NCBI GenBank assembly: GCA_963781585.1
Contig: CAWAGQ010000010.1
Span: 224,001-288,000, forward strand
Direction: 5' to 3'
Source: an uncultured Gemmatimonadaceae bacterium
GTDB lineage: Bacteria; Gemmatimonadota; Gemmatimonadetes; Gemmatimonadales; Gemmatimonadaceae
Length of the DNA stretch: 64,000 nucleotides
Below are positions 40,400 through 50,481 of the stretch, in pieces. Within the stretch, counting starts at the first letter, position 1. Each line of letters begins with the position of its first letter. The notes beneath the pieces were generated by a model. It made no database searches. It saw nothing but the letters and a program-made list of their open reading frames with translations, and was not told where the DNA came from. A program made the position numbers and the translations under genes.

Positions 40400-41174
40400 T
40401 CGTGTCGTGGGCCGCGTTTTGCAGCAGTCGCACGGTCGCCTCCGGAACGCCAAGCGTGTGCCCGGCGACCACCGCCTGACCCGGGAGATCGCGCGCGTCG
40501 TGACCCGTGATGCGCTCGTACATCACCAGCGCGACGAGATAGGTGGCGAGCGGCGTAGGGTGAAAGCCGTCAGCTGAATAGAAGGCCAGCGTAGGGTCCT
40601 TCGCCCACGCGGTCAGCCACGCCTGGCCTGCCGGGATGAACAGCCCATCCACCGAATCCGCCGCCTGCTGATACGAGATGCGCACATCGTCGAAGAAGGC
40701 GAGGCGGTCCACCGATGGCCACACCATGTAGAGCGCGGGAACTGCGCCAACCTGCCGGATGAACGGATCAAAGGCCTCGGTCCAGAGAATGAGGGAATCG
40801 CGATTCACCTGCAGCGACGACGGCCCCTGCTGGAGGATGACGTACTCCCAGCCGCCCTGACCGATCGCTGCGAGCGCATCGCCGCTCATCAGGTGGTCGA
40901 GGAGCGCGTAGTCCGGCTCCGCCACCTCTGCGGCAACCACCGTATCGCCGGCTGATGCAGCCAATCGAGCCAGCGTGCCGGGCAGATCGTTCACGTAGGT
41001 GAGCGAGTTCCCGATGAACAGCACGTGATGCCCGCCCTTCGGGAGGGCACCGACCGGATCCTTGCCACCGAGGCAACCGGCCGTGAGGACCAGGGCCGCG
41101 CACAACGCGAGCGCTCCCGCGAAGAAGCGCGGGGGGCCCGCGGTGGGTCGCGACAACGAGTCGACGGACGACAT
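40377..41174 (-). CDS. SGNH hydrolase-like lipoprotein
   Basis: VLFIGNSLT, WEYVILQQ, DGFHP; lipobox TAGC. Confidence 0.8.
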   Translation of the reverse strand: MSSVDSLSRPTAGPPRFFAGALALCAALVLTAGCLGGKDPVGALPKGGHHVLFIGNSLTYVNDLPGTLARLAASAGDTVVAAEVAEPDYALLDHLMSGDALAAIGQGGWEYVILQQGPSSLQVNRDSLILWTEAFDPFIRQVGAVPALYMVWPSVDRLAFFDDVRISYQQAADSVDGLFIPAGQAWLTAWAKDPTLAFYSADGFHPTPLATYLVALVMYERITGHDARDLPGQAVVAGHTLGVPEATVRLLQNAAHDTNAQFPIR

Positions 41175-41320
41175 GCTCAACGCTGTCGGAAGGCTTCCGC
41201 GGCGACCAAGCAGGGAGGGTCGACGTGCGGTTGCGCCGGGACGATCCGCATGTTTGTGTCGCGGCCGGGCGAGACGCGCAGGTCGCGATCGCAACCGGAC
41301 CGATCGCGTGTTTGCCGCTC

Positions 41321-42124
41321 CTATTCGGAACCGCTTCCTTTGGCCCCCAGCAGTCGCGCGTGCAAGCGGGCGCGATACGATCGTGCCAGACGGAGTTTCG
41401 GCCCACCATGCAGGAGCACGATGCTGTCTCCGGCGAACCACGGTTGCACCTCATGGATGCGGTCGAGGTTCACGATGTAACGCCGGTGAATACGCACGAA
41501 CTGCCGGGGATCGAGACGGGATTCAAGCCCGCTGATCGTGCCGCGGATCAGGTGGCTGCCGGCGGCCGTGGTCGCGCGCACATAGTTGCCTTCGGCTTCC
41601 CAGTACCACACGTCGGCCGTCCGCAGAATACGGATCGCGCCGTCCACCTTCACCGCCACCCGGTCCAAGACGTTCGGCTCGACGATGTCAGAAGGGCCGC
41701 GACCGAGGTAACTGCGCAGCAATTCCCGGAATCGCTCCTCCTCACCGGAACGGTCCCGTTCCCGAAGACGTTGTTTCGCGCGCTCGAACGCATCGTGAAA
41801 GCGCTCCGCATCGTACGGCTTGAGCAGATAGTCCACGGCGTGCACCTCAAACGCCTTCACCGCGTGCTGGTCGAACGCGGTAATGAACACGGTGGCCGGC
41901 ATGCTCTCGGGGCCCAGCGCTTCCAGCACGGCGAAGCCATCCACGTCAGGCATCTGGATGTCGAGGAATACCAAATCGGGACGGAGACGCTCGATGGCCT
42001 CGATGGCTTCGCGCCCTCCCACGCATTCCGCGACCACGTCCGCCTCACCCGTCTCTTCGACAAGCCGCGACACGCGCTGCCGTGCCACCTTCTCATCGTC
42101 CACCACCACGACCTTGAGTGTCAC
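41321..42124 (-). CDS. LytTR family response regulator
   Basis: VVDDE, FLDIQMP, DYLLKP; AEGNYV and FVRIHR. Confidence 0.9.
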   Translation of the reverse strand: MTLKVVVVDDEKVARQRVSRLVEETGEADVVAECVGGREAIEAIERLRPDLVFLDIQMPDVDGFAVLEALGPESMPATVFITAFDQHAVKAFEVHAVDYLLKPYDAERFHDAFERAKQRLRERDRSGEEERFRELLRSYLGRGPSDIVEPNVLDRVAVKVDGAIRILRTADVWYWEAEGNYVRATTAAGSHLIRGTISGLESRLDPRQFVRIHRRYIVNLDRIHEVQPWFAGDSIVLLHGGPKLRLARSYRARLHARLLGAKGSGSE

Positions 42125-43992
42125 GAAAACCTCCCGACATGCTCCGGCACGGGGCCCGCCGCTTCGCGCTCGACCGCCAATCGGGCGTGGGAGAGCGCGG
42201 CATCGCCCGCGACGGTGCGGTGGCCGTCCATGCCCGCGTCGAGAGAGAGGCGCAGGTAGTCGCCCAGCCGCGCGATCAACCGCTCGGCGCGGCTCGAGTC
42301 CGCAACGACCAGGTCGGAGAGGCGGGTCAGCGTGCCGAGGAGGAGCTCGGGGTTCGCCCGGATCGCCACGGTGCGAAGGCGAGTCTCGGCGAGTTGCGCC
42401 TGCACTGCCGCATCGGAGGCTTCCCGCTCCCGGAGCCACGTGAGGAGTTGCGTCCGGTGTCCGATCGCCACGACGGCCCAGAAGATCAGCAGGTTCAGTC
42501 CTGTCATGAGGGCGAGCGCGGTGACCCACGACAGTTCCGGATGAAACAGCGCACGCGCGAGAACCGCCTGCGCAAGCGACACCATCACGCCGGAGACGAG
42601 ATACCCGAGCGCGCGTCCCCGCCGCAGGGGCATGGTGAGCGGATACCGTCGCATGAGGGCGAATGCGCCGAGGGTGAACGCGGCCCAGAGCAGAGCGCTG
42701 CCCATGTCGTCGCCGAGAATGTCCAGAAGCTGACCGCGGACGAGGCGGTGGCGCAGCGCGAGATACGCCACGCTCTGCTGGGACCAGATGATTCCCCACA
42801 CGGACCAGGCGATCGCGATCCCGACCACCGAATTGCGCGGACGGGCGGATATGGTCGCTCCGTCATGAACCGGGAGCGCGTCGATCGAATGGTCCAGGGA
42901 GGTCGCAGTCGGCTCTTCTGCGGAGAAGGCGGTGCCGGCTGCGGCGGCACGCGGGAACGCCTCGCTGTACCGCAACGGTAGAGAAAGGCGCGCGACGGTA
43001 CCCGGATGATCGTCACTCAGCAGTTGGAGCGCCGCATCGTCGTCGTACATGGAGCGAAGCCGTTCGCGCACGTTCACGAGTCCGACGCCGTGACCCGCGG
43101 CCGCGCGGGACGACATCCCCACGCCGTTGTCGCGAACTTCCACGATCAGCCGGTTTCGCTCGGTGCGGGTCGCAATGACCAGTCGGCCGGGCGCGGTGCG
43201 GCCCGCCAGCCCGTGCCGGATCGCGTTCTCGACCAGGGGCTGCAGCACGAGACGCGGCACCAGGGCGCCGCGGGTGCAAGGGTCGACGTGCTGCTCGATT
43301 TCGAGCCAGTCGGCAAAGCGGAGGCGCTGAATGTCCAGGTAGGGCTCGAGGGCTGCCAGTTCACGCCCGAGCGGCACCTCGCCGGCCGCACCGGCCAGCG
43401 CGAATTCGAGTACGCTCCGGAGTTGGCGAATCACCCGCGCCGCCGATGCCGGCGCACGATGGGCGAGCTCCGAAACAAGGCCGAGAGAATTGAACAGGAA
43501 GTGCGGGTGCAGTTGCGCCTCGAGGAACTCGAGGCGGGCCTGCGACAATTGCGCCGCCAGCCGATCGGTGGTGTGCTTCTGCGCCACGAGCATGCGCTGC
43601 GCGCGCAGGACCTCGCCAACGAGGATGACCGCCAGGTATGCGACCATGACGACGTCGGCGTAGTAGGTGACCGTCACGATGAAGGCCACCTGCGGATTGT
43701 CGCCGAGCGCGCGAACGGCGAAGCGCCGCGCTGCGGCATCGCCCATCATGGTGAGAATCAGCAGGGGCGCGTGGGCAGCCACAACCGCCATGGTGCGCGA
43801 GAGGCGCGCACGCAGGCGTCGGTGCGCGCCGCTGATGAGCAGACTGGCCGCGGTCCAGTATGCCGCGAGCAGGGCATGGTAGCCGAGGTACCAGGAGAAC
43901 GGCATTTGCGCGCGGTCGAGCGCGAATTCCGCCGCGCCCTGCACCATTCCGAACGCGATCCACGCGGCGAAAATCAGGGCGGCACCACGCAT
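42121..43992 (-). CDS. LytS-type histidine kinase with a duplicated, degenerate second module
   Basis: QLHPHFLFNSL H-box, LQPLVENAIRHG, DNGVG, GVGL; then further TMs and the degenerate box RANPELLLGTL. Confidence 0.85.
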   Translation of the reverse strand: MRGAALIFAAWIAFGMVQGAAEFALDRAQMPFSWYLGYHALLAAYWTAASLLISGAHRRLRARLSRTMAVVAAHAPLLILTMMGDAAARRFAVRALGDNPQVAFIVTVTYYADVVMVAYLAVILVGEVLRAQRMLVAQKHTTDRLAAQLSQARLEFLEAQLHPHFLFNSLGLVSELAHRAPASAARVIRQLRSVLEFALAGAAGEVPLGRELAALEPYLDIQRLRFADWLEIEQHVDPCTRGALVPRLVLQPLVENAIRHGLAGRTAPGRLVIATRTERNRLIVEVRDNGVGMSSRAAAGHGVGLVNVRERLRSMYDDDAALQLLSDDHPGTVARLSLPLRYSEAFPRAAAAGTAFSAEEPTATSLDHSIDALPVHDGATISARPRNSVVGIAIAWSVWGIIWSQQSVAYLALRHRLVRGQLLDILGDDMGSALLWAAFTLGAFALMRRYPLTMPLRRGRALGYLVSGVMVSLAQAVLARALFHPELSWVTALALMTGLNLLIFWAVVAIGHRTQLLTWLREREASDAAVQAQLAETRLRTVAIRANPELLLGTLTRLSDLVVADSSRAERLIARLGDYLRLSLDAGMDGHRTVAGDAALSHARLAVEREAAGPVPEHVGRFS

Positions 43993-44093
43993 GCTGGACA
44001 GTAGCTGCCTGCCGGTTCGAGAACCACGGCGGCGGGGGCCGATCGTTCGCCGCGCGTGACGGATTGTCGTCGCGGTCGGCCGACGACGCCGTT

Positions 44094-44145
44094 CGACACG
44101 CCGACACGCCGACACGCCGACACGCCGACACGCCGACACGCCGAC
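44094..44145. repeat. 8-bp tandem repeat CGACACGC x6.5
   Basis: Six perfect copies plus CGAC in a divergent intergenic region. Confidence 0.95.
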
Positions 44146-44287
44146 CCGGCGCGCGGCACCGCCAGTCGCGAGCCGCGTGCACGAAACCTTCGCACGCGCT
44201 GCAGTTGTCCCAGTGGGAAGACCAGGGTTGCGCGCCGGCCGCACCGGCTGCCTGGAGGACGTGAACCAATCGGCGCTCGGGGATTAC

Positions 44288-46732
44288 ATGAAGATCATCG
44301 CGCAGGACCTTCGTCACGCTGCACGTTCGCTCCGGCGGGCTCCGACCATCACGGTCGCCGCCGTGTTGTGTCTGGCGCTTGGCATCGGCGCCACCACTGC
44401 GGTCTCCAGCGCGATCAGCCGCGCGCTGCTGCAGCCGCCGCCGTTCCGGGATCCCGACCGTCTGGTTGCGGTGCATCGCATTACGCCGCAATCCGGCCCG
44501 CAGGGCACCTGGCCGCAATCGGCGCCTAACTACGTGGATCTCGCACGCGAGACACGACAGGTGCAGGGACTCGCCGCCCTCGCTGAGGGGTCATCGCTCG
44601 TCCAGCTGCGAGACGAGGCCGTACAGACCAGCGCTCAGGGGGTGACGGGCAATCTGTTTGCCACCCTCGGCGTGCGGGCCGAGCATGGTCGCCTGATCAC
44701 GCCGGATGACGATCGGCTCGATGCGCCGCTGGTCGCGGTGCTCAGCCACGAGTTCTGGACCACGCATCTCGGCGGGGACTCGGGCGCGGTGGGACGGACA
44801 CTCACGATCGATGGACAGCCTGCCACCATCATCGGGATTGCCTGGCCGGATTTCCGCATTCCGCACGGTACCAACGTCCTGCGCGCCGACATCTGGATGC
44901 CGATGCGGTTCACGCCGAACCAGCTGACCCAGCGCCGCAGCAACTACCTGCGTCTTCTGGGGCGGCTGGCACCCGGCGCAACGCCGCAATCGGCGCAAGC
45001 CGAACTGCGTACGTTGTTCGACGGTCTGGTCCGCACGTACCCGCAGCTGCGAGGCGAAGACCTCCGCGTGGCGCCGCTGCAGGGGGAAAACGTGCGATCG
45101 GTGCGTACTCCCCTGTTGCTGCTGTTCGGAGCGGTGTGCATGGTGCTCCTGATTGCGGCGACAAATGTCGCGGCGATGCTTTTGGCACGCGGAGTGCAGC
45201 GACGCCGCGAGCTGGCCGTTCGCTCGGCTCTGGGTGCTACTCGATGGGCGGCCTTGCGGCCCGCGCTGGCCGAGAGCCTCGTCATTACGGGACTGGGCGT
45301 GGCGCTGGGCATCGCGCTGGCCGTTGGCGGCGTTCGCACGATCGGTGCGCTGGCCGCAGCGCGCCTGCCGCAGCTCGAGGGCCTGCACGTCGACGGCGGT
45401 GTGATTGCATTTGCGATCGCGCTGGCCGTCGTCACCGCGGTGGCGTGCGGAGCGGCGCCGGCATGGCGCGGCGCAACGGTCGACCCGCAGGATGCGCTCC
45501 GCGGCGGCCGCGGTGGAGGAGCAGGCCGTGACCACCAGCGGGCCCTTCGGGGTCTCGTGGTATTCGAGATCTCCCTGTCGCTGGTACTCCTCATCGGTGC
45601 CGGACTCGTGCTCAAGGGCTTCGCGCGGCTGCTGGCGAACGACCCCGGGTTCGACCCATCGCGGATTCTGACCTTGCGCGTGACCACGTCCGCCGCGCGA
45701 TACCCCAATCAGACCTCGGTGCAGGCGTTCCTGGAGCCCGCGCTCGCAGCGATCCGCGTGATTCCGGGTGTGGAGGCCGCAGGGGCCATCAATGTGGTAC
45801 CGTACGCCAACTGGGGATGGAACTCGAACGTCCGCTACGAAGGAGTTCCGCCCGACGATCCGACGCGACTCCCCCTCGTCGAAATGCGGACCGTGGTACC
45901 GGAATTCTTCGATGTCACCCGGCAGCGTCTCATTGCCGGGCGCCGACTGCTGGCGTCGGACCAGGGCGGCCAGAACGCCCGCTTGATGACCGTCGTGAAC
46001 CAGGCGCTCGTGGAGCGTGACTTCAAGGGGCACGATGCCGTCGGGCAGCGGTTCAACCTCGACCGGTTTCCGGGAGACACCGCGATGGGAACGATCGTTG
46101 GTGTGGTCGGGAATGTCCGAAATGCGGGGCCGGTCGCCGAACCTCAACCCGGCATGTACTGGACGTACGCCCAGAGTAGTCCAGGCGCCTCGCAGTTTCC
46201 GCTCATGATTCGCGTGCGGAGCGGTGATCCAGCCGCCGTTTACGGGGCGGTGCGCGCCGCCATAAGCGGCATCGATCCGACGGCGGCGATCGGCGACACG
46301 CGGACGATGGCCGAGGTCGTTGCGTCGAGTCTCGGTCGCCCGCGATTCTACTTCAGTCTGTTGGGTACTTTCGCCGCGGTCGCGGTACTGCTCGCTGTGG
46401 CGGGGCTCTACGGGGTGCTGGCGTATGCCGTGGCCCAGCGCACGCGCGAAATCGGGATCCGGGTGGCGTTGGGCAGCTCACGTCGCGCGCTGGTTCAGCT
46501 TGTGACGCTCGAGGGGCTGCAGTTGGTTGCCGTGGGACTCGCACTGGGTTTGGCTGGCGGCGCGGCCCTTACCCGGCTGATGACCTTCATGCTGTACGGG
46601 GTGAGCCCGCTCGACCGGGTCACCTGGCTCGCGGCCGCGGCGCTCCTGTTCGCGGCCTCGATGGCGGCCGCGATCGTTCCGGCGCTGCGGGCGTCACGCG
46701 TCAATCCGATGATTGCGATGCAGGCCGAGTGA
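44288..46732 (+). CDS. ADOP-type duplicated ABC permease
   Basis: QDLRHAARSLRRAP, LALGIGATTA, RRRELAVRSALGA, QRTREIGIRVALG. Confidence 0.9.
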   Translation: MKIIAQDLRHAARSLRRAPTITVAAVLCLALGIGATTAVSSAISRALLQPPPFRDPDRLVAVHRITPQSGPQGTWPQSAPNYVDLARETRQVQGLAALAEGSSLVQLRDEAVQTSAQGVTGNLFATLGVRAEHGRLITPDDDRLDAPLVAVLSHEFWTTHLGGDSGAVGRTLTIDGQPATIIGIAWPDFRIPHGTNVLRADIWMPMRFTPNQLTQRRSNYLRLLGRLAPGATPQSAQAELRTLFDGLVRTYPQLRGEDLRVAPLQGENVRSVRTPLLLLFGAVCMVLLIAATNVAAMLLARGVQRRRELAVRSALGATRWAALRPALAESLVITGLGVALGIALAVGGVRTIGALAAARLPQLEGLHVDGGVIAFAIALAVVTAVACGAAPAWRGATVDPQDALRGGRGGGAGRDHQRALRGLVVFEISLSLVLLIGAGLVLKGFARLLANDPGFDPSRILTLRVTTSAARYPNQTSVQAFLEPALAAIRVIPGVEAAGAINVVPYANWGWNSNVRYEGVPPDDPTRLPLVEMRTVVPEFFDVTRQRLIAGRRLLASDQGGQNARLMTVVNQALVERDFKGHDAVGQRFNLDRFPGDTAMGTIVGVVGNVRNAGPVAEPQPGMYWTYAQSSPGASQFPLMIRVRSGDPAAVYGAVRAAISGIDPTAAIGDTRTMAEVVASSLGRPRFYFSLLGTFAAVAVLLAVAGLYGVLAYAVAQRTREIGIRVALGSSRRALVQLVTLEGLQLVAVGLALGLAGGAALTRLMTFMLYGVSPLDRVTWLAAAALLFAASMAAAIVPALRASRVNPMIAMQAE

Positions 46733-46805
46733 CGGCGTCAACGTTGCGCCGCGACTCGGGCCCGTGCGAGAATACGGTCCACACTGAGCGGCATCGAATC
46801 GCGCG

Positions 46806-48233
46806 TTGACAGACTTCCTCGGTAATCTGCAGGCCCATCTCGGCGACGAGTTCACCCTGGAACGGGAACTCGGCGGCGGAGGGATGTCGCGCGTGGTCCT
46901 GGCGCGCGACACTCGCCTGGAGCGGCGCGTGGTCATCAAGGTGCTGCCGCCCAGTGTCACCGCCACCATCTCGGCCGACCGGTTCAAGCGCGAGATCATG
47001 CTGTCGGCCGCCCTTCAGCACCCCAACATCGTGCCGGTACTGCGGGCCGGAGAATACGACGGCCTGCCGTATTTCGTGATGCCGTACATCGAAGGCGAGT
47101 CGCTCCGGACGAGGATGATGCGGGGTCCGCTCTCGGTGCGGGAGACCGTGAGCATCCTGAAGGACGTCACGCGGGCGCTCATCTTCGCGCACGGCCGCGG
47201 CATCATCCATCGGGACATCAAGCCCGACAACGTGCTGCTGTCGTCGGGCACCGCCGTGGTGACCGACTTCGGCGTGGCGAAGGCGCTGTCGGCGTCGCGA
47301 CAGACGGGGGTCCGGGCCGCGTCGTCGACGATCACCGGGGTGGGGATGTCACCGGGGACGCCGGCGTACATGGCGCCGGAGCAGGCGGCGGCCGATCCCC
47401 GGACCGATCACCGCGCCGACCTCTATTCGTTAGGCATTCTGGCCTACGAAATGCTGGCGGGGACTCCGCCATTCTACGGCAGGACGCCGCAGGCGCTGCT
47501 GGCGGCGCAGCTCAGCGAGGTCCCCCCGCCGCTTTCGCTCCGGCGCTATGACGTCCCGCCGGAACTCGACAATCTCATCAGCAAGTGCCTGGAGAAGGAC
47601 CCCCTGCGACGTCCCGAGTCGGCGACGGCCGTGCTCCGCGCACTCGAAGATCCGTCGATGGTCAGCGGGATCTTCAACGCGCCGGTGAGTCCGCGCCGCC
47701 GCCCGGGCTGGACCCTCGTCCTGGCAGGACTGGTGGCGCTCCTGGTGGTCGCGGCCACGGTGCGGGTCTGGGTGCGTCAACGAACCGCAGCCACGCCCGC
47801 GGCCGCGGCGCCCGTGCCGACGGCCCCGGCCCTGGAGCGGTCCATCGCCGTGCTCCCGCTCGACGGTGTGGGATCCGACTCGCGCGCTCGCAACGTGGCC
47901 GACGGGATCACCTCCGAGCTGACGAACGCCATGGCCGGTATCGCCGGCATGCGGGTTTCGTCGGCGGCATCGGCCCTGGCGATCCGCGATCGGATCCGCT
48001 CGCGCCGCGACAGCACTGTCGCGCCGGATGTGGCCCTTCTTGTCGAGGGCACCGTGCAGCGGGAGCGAAACGCGTTGCGGGTGGTCATGCGGTTGGTGGA
48101 CGTCGCCAGGGACTCCACCATGTGGGCGCAGACCTTCAACGGCGTCGCGGACAGTACGCTCCAGCTGCAGAGCACGGTGGCACAGGCGGTGACCGCCGGA
48201 GTGATCGCCCGACTGAGCCCTGACGGGCGCTGA
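46806..48233 (+). CDS. Hanks-type Ser/Thr protein kinase with TM and TolB-like C-terminal domain
   Basis: LGGGGMS, HRDIKPDN, DFG, GTPAYMAPE; SIAVLPL. Confidence 0.9.
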   Translation: MTDFLGNLQAHLGDEFTLERELGGGGMSRVVLARDTRLERRVVIKVLPPSVTATISADRFKREIMLSAALQHPNIVPVLRAGEYDGLPYFVMPYIEGESLRTRMMRGPLSVRETVSILKDVTRALIFAHGRGIIHRDIKPDNVLLSSGTAVVTDFGVAKALSASRQTGVRAASSTITGVGMSPGTPAYMAPEQAAADPRTDHRADLYSLGILAYEMLAGTPPFYGRTPQALLAAQLSEVPPPLSLRRYDVPPELDNLISKCLEKDPLRRPESATAVLRALEDPSMVSGIFNAPVSPRRRPGWTLVLAGLVALLVVAATVRVWVRQRTAATPAAAAPVPTAPALERSIAVLPLDGVGSDSRARNVADGITSELTNAMAGIAGMRVSSAASALAIRDRIRSRRDSTVAPDVALLVEGTVQRERNALRVVMRLVDVARDSTMWAQTFNGVADSTLQLQSTVAQAVTAGVIARLSPDGR

Positions 48234-48395
48234 AACGCTGCCGCGGCCGCCCGATGAAAATCTGTACGGCGGTTAAGGTAGCCCTGGTCGAGCCCGCAGC
48301 ATGTGACGCCGTGTATCGGAACCTCCCGTGACGTGTTGGCAGAACCGGGGCGCGCGGTGCCATCGTACCGGTGACAACATCGAGCCGGGGTCCAG

Positions 48396-49244
48396 ATGTT
48401 CTCATCTCTCCGCTTCATCGCGCTGGCTGCCATCGCGGGATCGTCCGCCGCCCCGATGCGCGCCCAGCAGGTGGTCATCGAGAATGTCGTCCGCCTTCGT
48501 GCGACGGCCACGAAGAACACGGGCACCCTTCGCCTGCTCGAGCCCGAGGACACCGTCGCCCTGGTTCGTCCGGACACGCTCCGCAACGACTACCTGCACG
48601 TCGCGACGACATCGGGTGACACGGGTTGGGTGTCGATTTCCTTTGCGCACCGGGTGCGGCCGCCGCGGGCGACCCCAGGCGCGGACTCCGTGCAGTCGAT
48701 CGGCGCAGCGGAGATTGCGACGTCGTGCGGAGTCAAGTGCGGCGTGGAGCGCTGGGCCGTGAAGACGCTGACCGATGCCGACGCGGACGAGGTTGATCTC
48801 ACTCCCGTCGTGCGCACGCCGTTCCAGCTGCGCAAACTCGAGGAGCCGGAGGAGAAGCCGGACAACGGCCGACTGGGCGACGTGGAACGCGCGGTCTACG
48901 AGGTCCACGGTGTGATCCTTGGCTGGATTCGCGAAGCCGACAAGGACATCCACATCGTCATCGCCTCGGAATCGAATCACGCCACGACCATCATCGCCGA
49001 AGTCCCCAGTTCCGATTGCCGGCGTGTTTGTCTGAGCGACAGCCGGACCGCGTTCGACGATGTCCGCCAGGCGCTCGCCACCCGTCTCGGGACACCGCCC
49101 ACCAGGTACAAGGAGTTGTCGTCTCCAGTGCGGGTCCGCATCACCGGGGTGGGATTCTTCGACCAGCGGCATTCGACGCCGCAGCATGGTGTCGCGCCGA
49201 ACAATTTCGAGCTCCATCCGGTGATTGCGGTCGTGTTTCCATAG
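48396..49244 (+). CDS. Secreted SH3-like plus OB-fold-like hypothetical protein
   Basis: Signal peptide; VRLRA...TGWVS; CGVERWAVKT, DKDIHI, GVGFFD, ELHPV. Confidence 0.7.
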   Translation: MFSSLRFIALAAIAGSSAAPMRAQQVVIENVVRLRATATKNTGTLRLLEPEDTVALVRPDTLRNDYLHVATTSGDTGWVSISFAHRVRPPRATPGADSVQSIGAAEIATSCGVKCGVERWAVKTLTDADADEVDLTPVVRTPFQLRKLEEPEEKPDNGRLGDVERAVYEVHGVILGWIREADKDIHIVIASESNHATTIIAEVPSSDCRRVCLSDSRTAFDDVRQALATRLGTPPTRYKELSSPVRVRITGVGFFDQRHSTPQHGVAPNNFELHPVIAVVFP

Positions 49245-49390
49245 CCCGCGGCCCGAGTCCGCGATGGAAGCGGCCGCCCCGCTGTGCGGCACCGCACGCG
49301 TTCGCTGGCAGGCGGATTGACCACGCCCACGCGGCCTCTATACTTGGAGCCGCTCCCGGATTCTCCCGTCCACCCGCTCGCTCGGCATCG

Positions 49391-50413
49391 GTGGTCCACA
49401 TTCGGTTCGCCCGCTCAGCCTTGCAGATTCTGTCCGTGGTGGCGATCGCCGTGTCGACCGTGGCCGCGCAGTCCGGGCCACCATCCGCGCCGGCGATGGG
49501 GCGCGATGAAATCGCTGCGTTCGCCAGGATCCAGGCCGCGATCGCGGAAGCGCGTGATTCACTCCAGGCGCAATTCGCGAAAGCGGGGAATGCCAAGGAG
49601 GAAGCTCAACAGCAACTACGGGAGCAGCTGCACACCCAGATTACGGAGATCCTCCAGAAGAACGGCATGACGGAGGAGGAATATCGGCACAAGACGTATG
49701 TGGTGAGCACCGACTCGGTCGCCCGGCAGATGTTCGACAGCGCATTGGTGGCCGTGACGGGTCAGCCCATTCCCGGGCAGTATCACGCGCCGCCGCCGCG
49801 GAGCGCGCCGGGCGGCGCGGCCGCGAAGGTGCCGGTTCCGCCTGGACCGGCGGGTGTGCACATCGGTCACGTCGTAAACGGATTCGGCGACACGCCGGAC
49901 GGACAAGGGTTGCTCCCCACCGCGATGGCTGAGGCGCGCATCGCCGCGCAGCACGCACAGCTGGCGGCGCGCGATCCCGCCAATCTGGACGCCATGAAGC
50001 TCCACGCCGGTCACGTGATTCATGCCATCGATCCGACGGTGATAGCGAGCGGCCCCGGCCTCGGATACGGAGTGAAGAAGGCGGCCACGGGCGTCGCCAC
50101 GCACATCGAACTGGCAGCCAAATCACCCGGGGCCTCGCAGAACATCATGACCCACGCGGTGCACATCGCGACATCGGCGCGCAATACCGTCAAGCGCGCC
50201 GATCAGCTTCTGGCACTGGCGCAACAGGTGCGGGCGGCCACGTCGGCGTCCGACGCCGCGGCACTGGTCAGCCAGATGGTATCGCTTTCGGCGCAGCTCA
50301 TCTCCGGTTCTGATGCCAACGGAGACGGTCGGGTGAGCTGGGAAGAAGGGGAGGGCGGACTACAGCAGTGCCAGGAACACGTGGATCTGATGCTGGCGGC
50401 GGAGAGGCCATAG
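49391..50413 (+). CDS. Secreted DUF4168-like protein with His-rich C-terminal domain
   Basis: Signal peptide; ILQKNGMTEEEY; multiple HxxH motifs; DANGDGRVS; start approximate. Confidence 0.65.
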   Translation: MVHIRFARSALQILSVVAIAVSTVAAQSGPPSAPAMGRDEIAAFARIQAAIAEARDSLQAQFAKAGNAKEEAQQQLREQLHTQITEILQKNGMTEEEYRHKTYVVSTDSVARQMFDSALVAVTGQPIPGQYHAPPPRSAPGGAAAKVPVPPGPAGVHIGHVVNGFGDTPDGQGLLPTAMAEARIAAQHAQLAARDPANLDAMKLHAGHVIHAIDPTVIASGPGLGYGVKKAATGVATHIELAAKSPGASQNIMTHAVHIATSARNTVKRADQLLALAQQVRAATSASDAAALVSQMVSLSAQLISGSDANGDGRVSWEEGEGGLQQCQEHVDLMLAAERP

Positions 50414-50481
50414 GCCGAAAGTTATCGGCCATGGCGGGGACTCAACTCACGACGATCAGGCCTGGCGCACCTGCGTTGGCG

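Noticed and set aside
33582..44145. Short repeat arrays as possible CRISPR
   Set aside because: Units are 7-9 bp with no unique spacers, and no cas genes are present
26318..46732. ABC permeases without an adjacent ATPase
   Set aside because: Orphan ADOP permeases are a known expanded family
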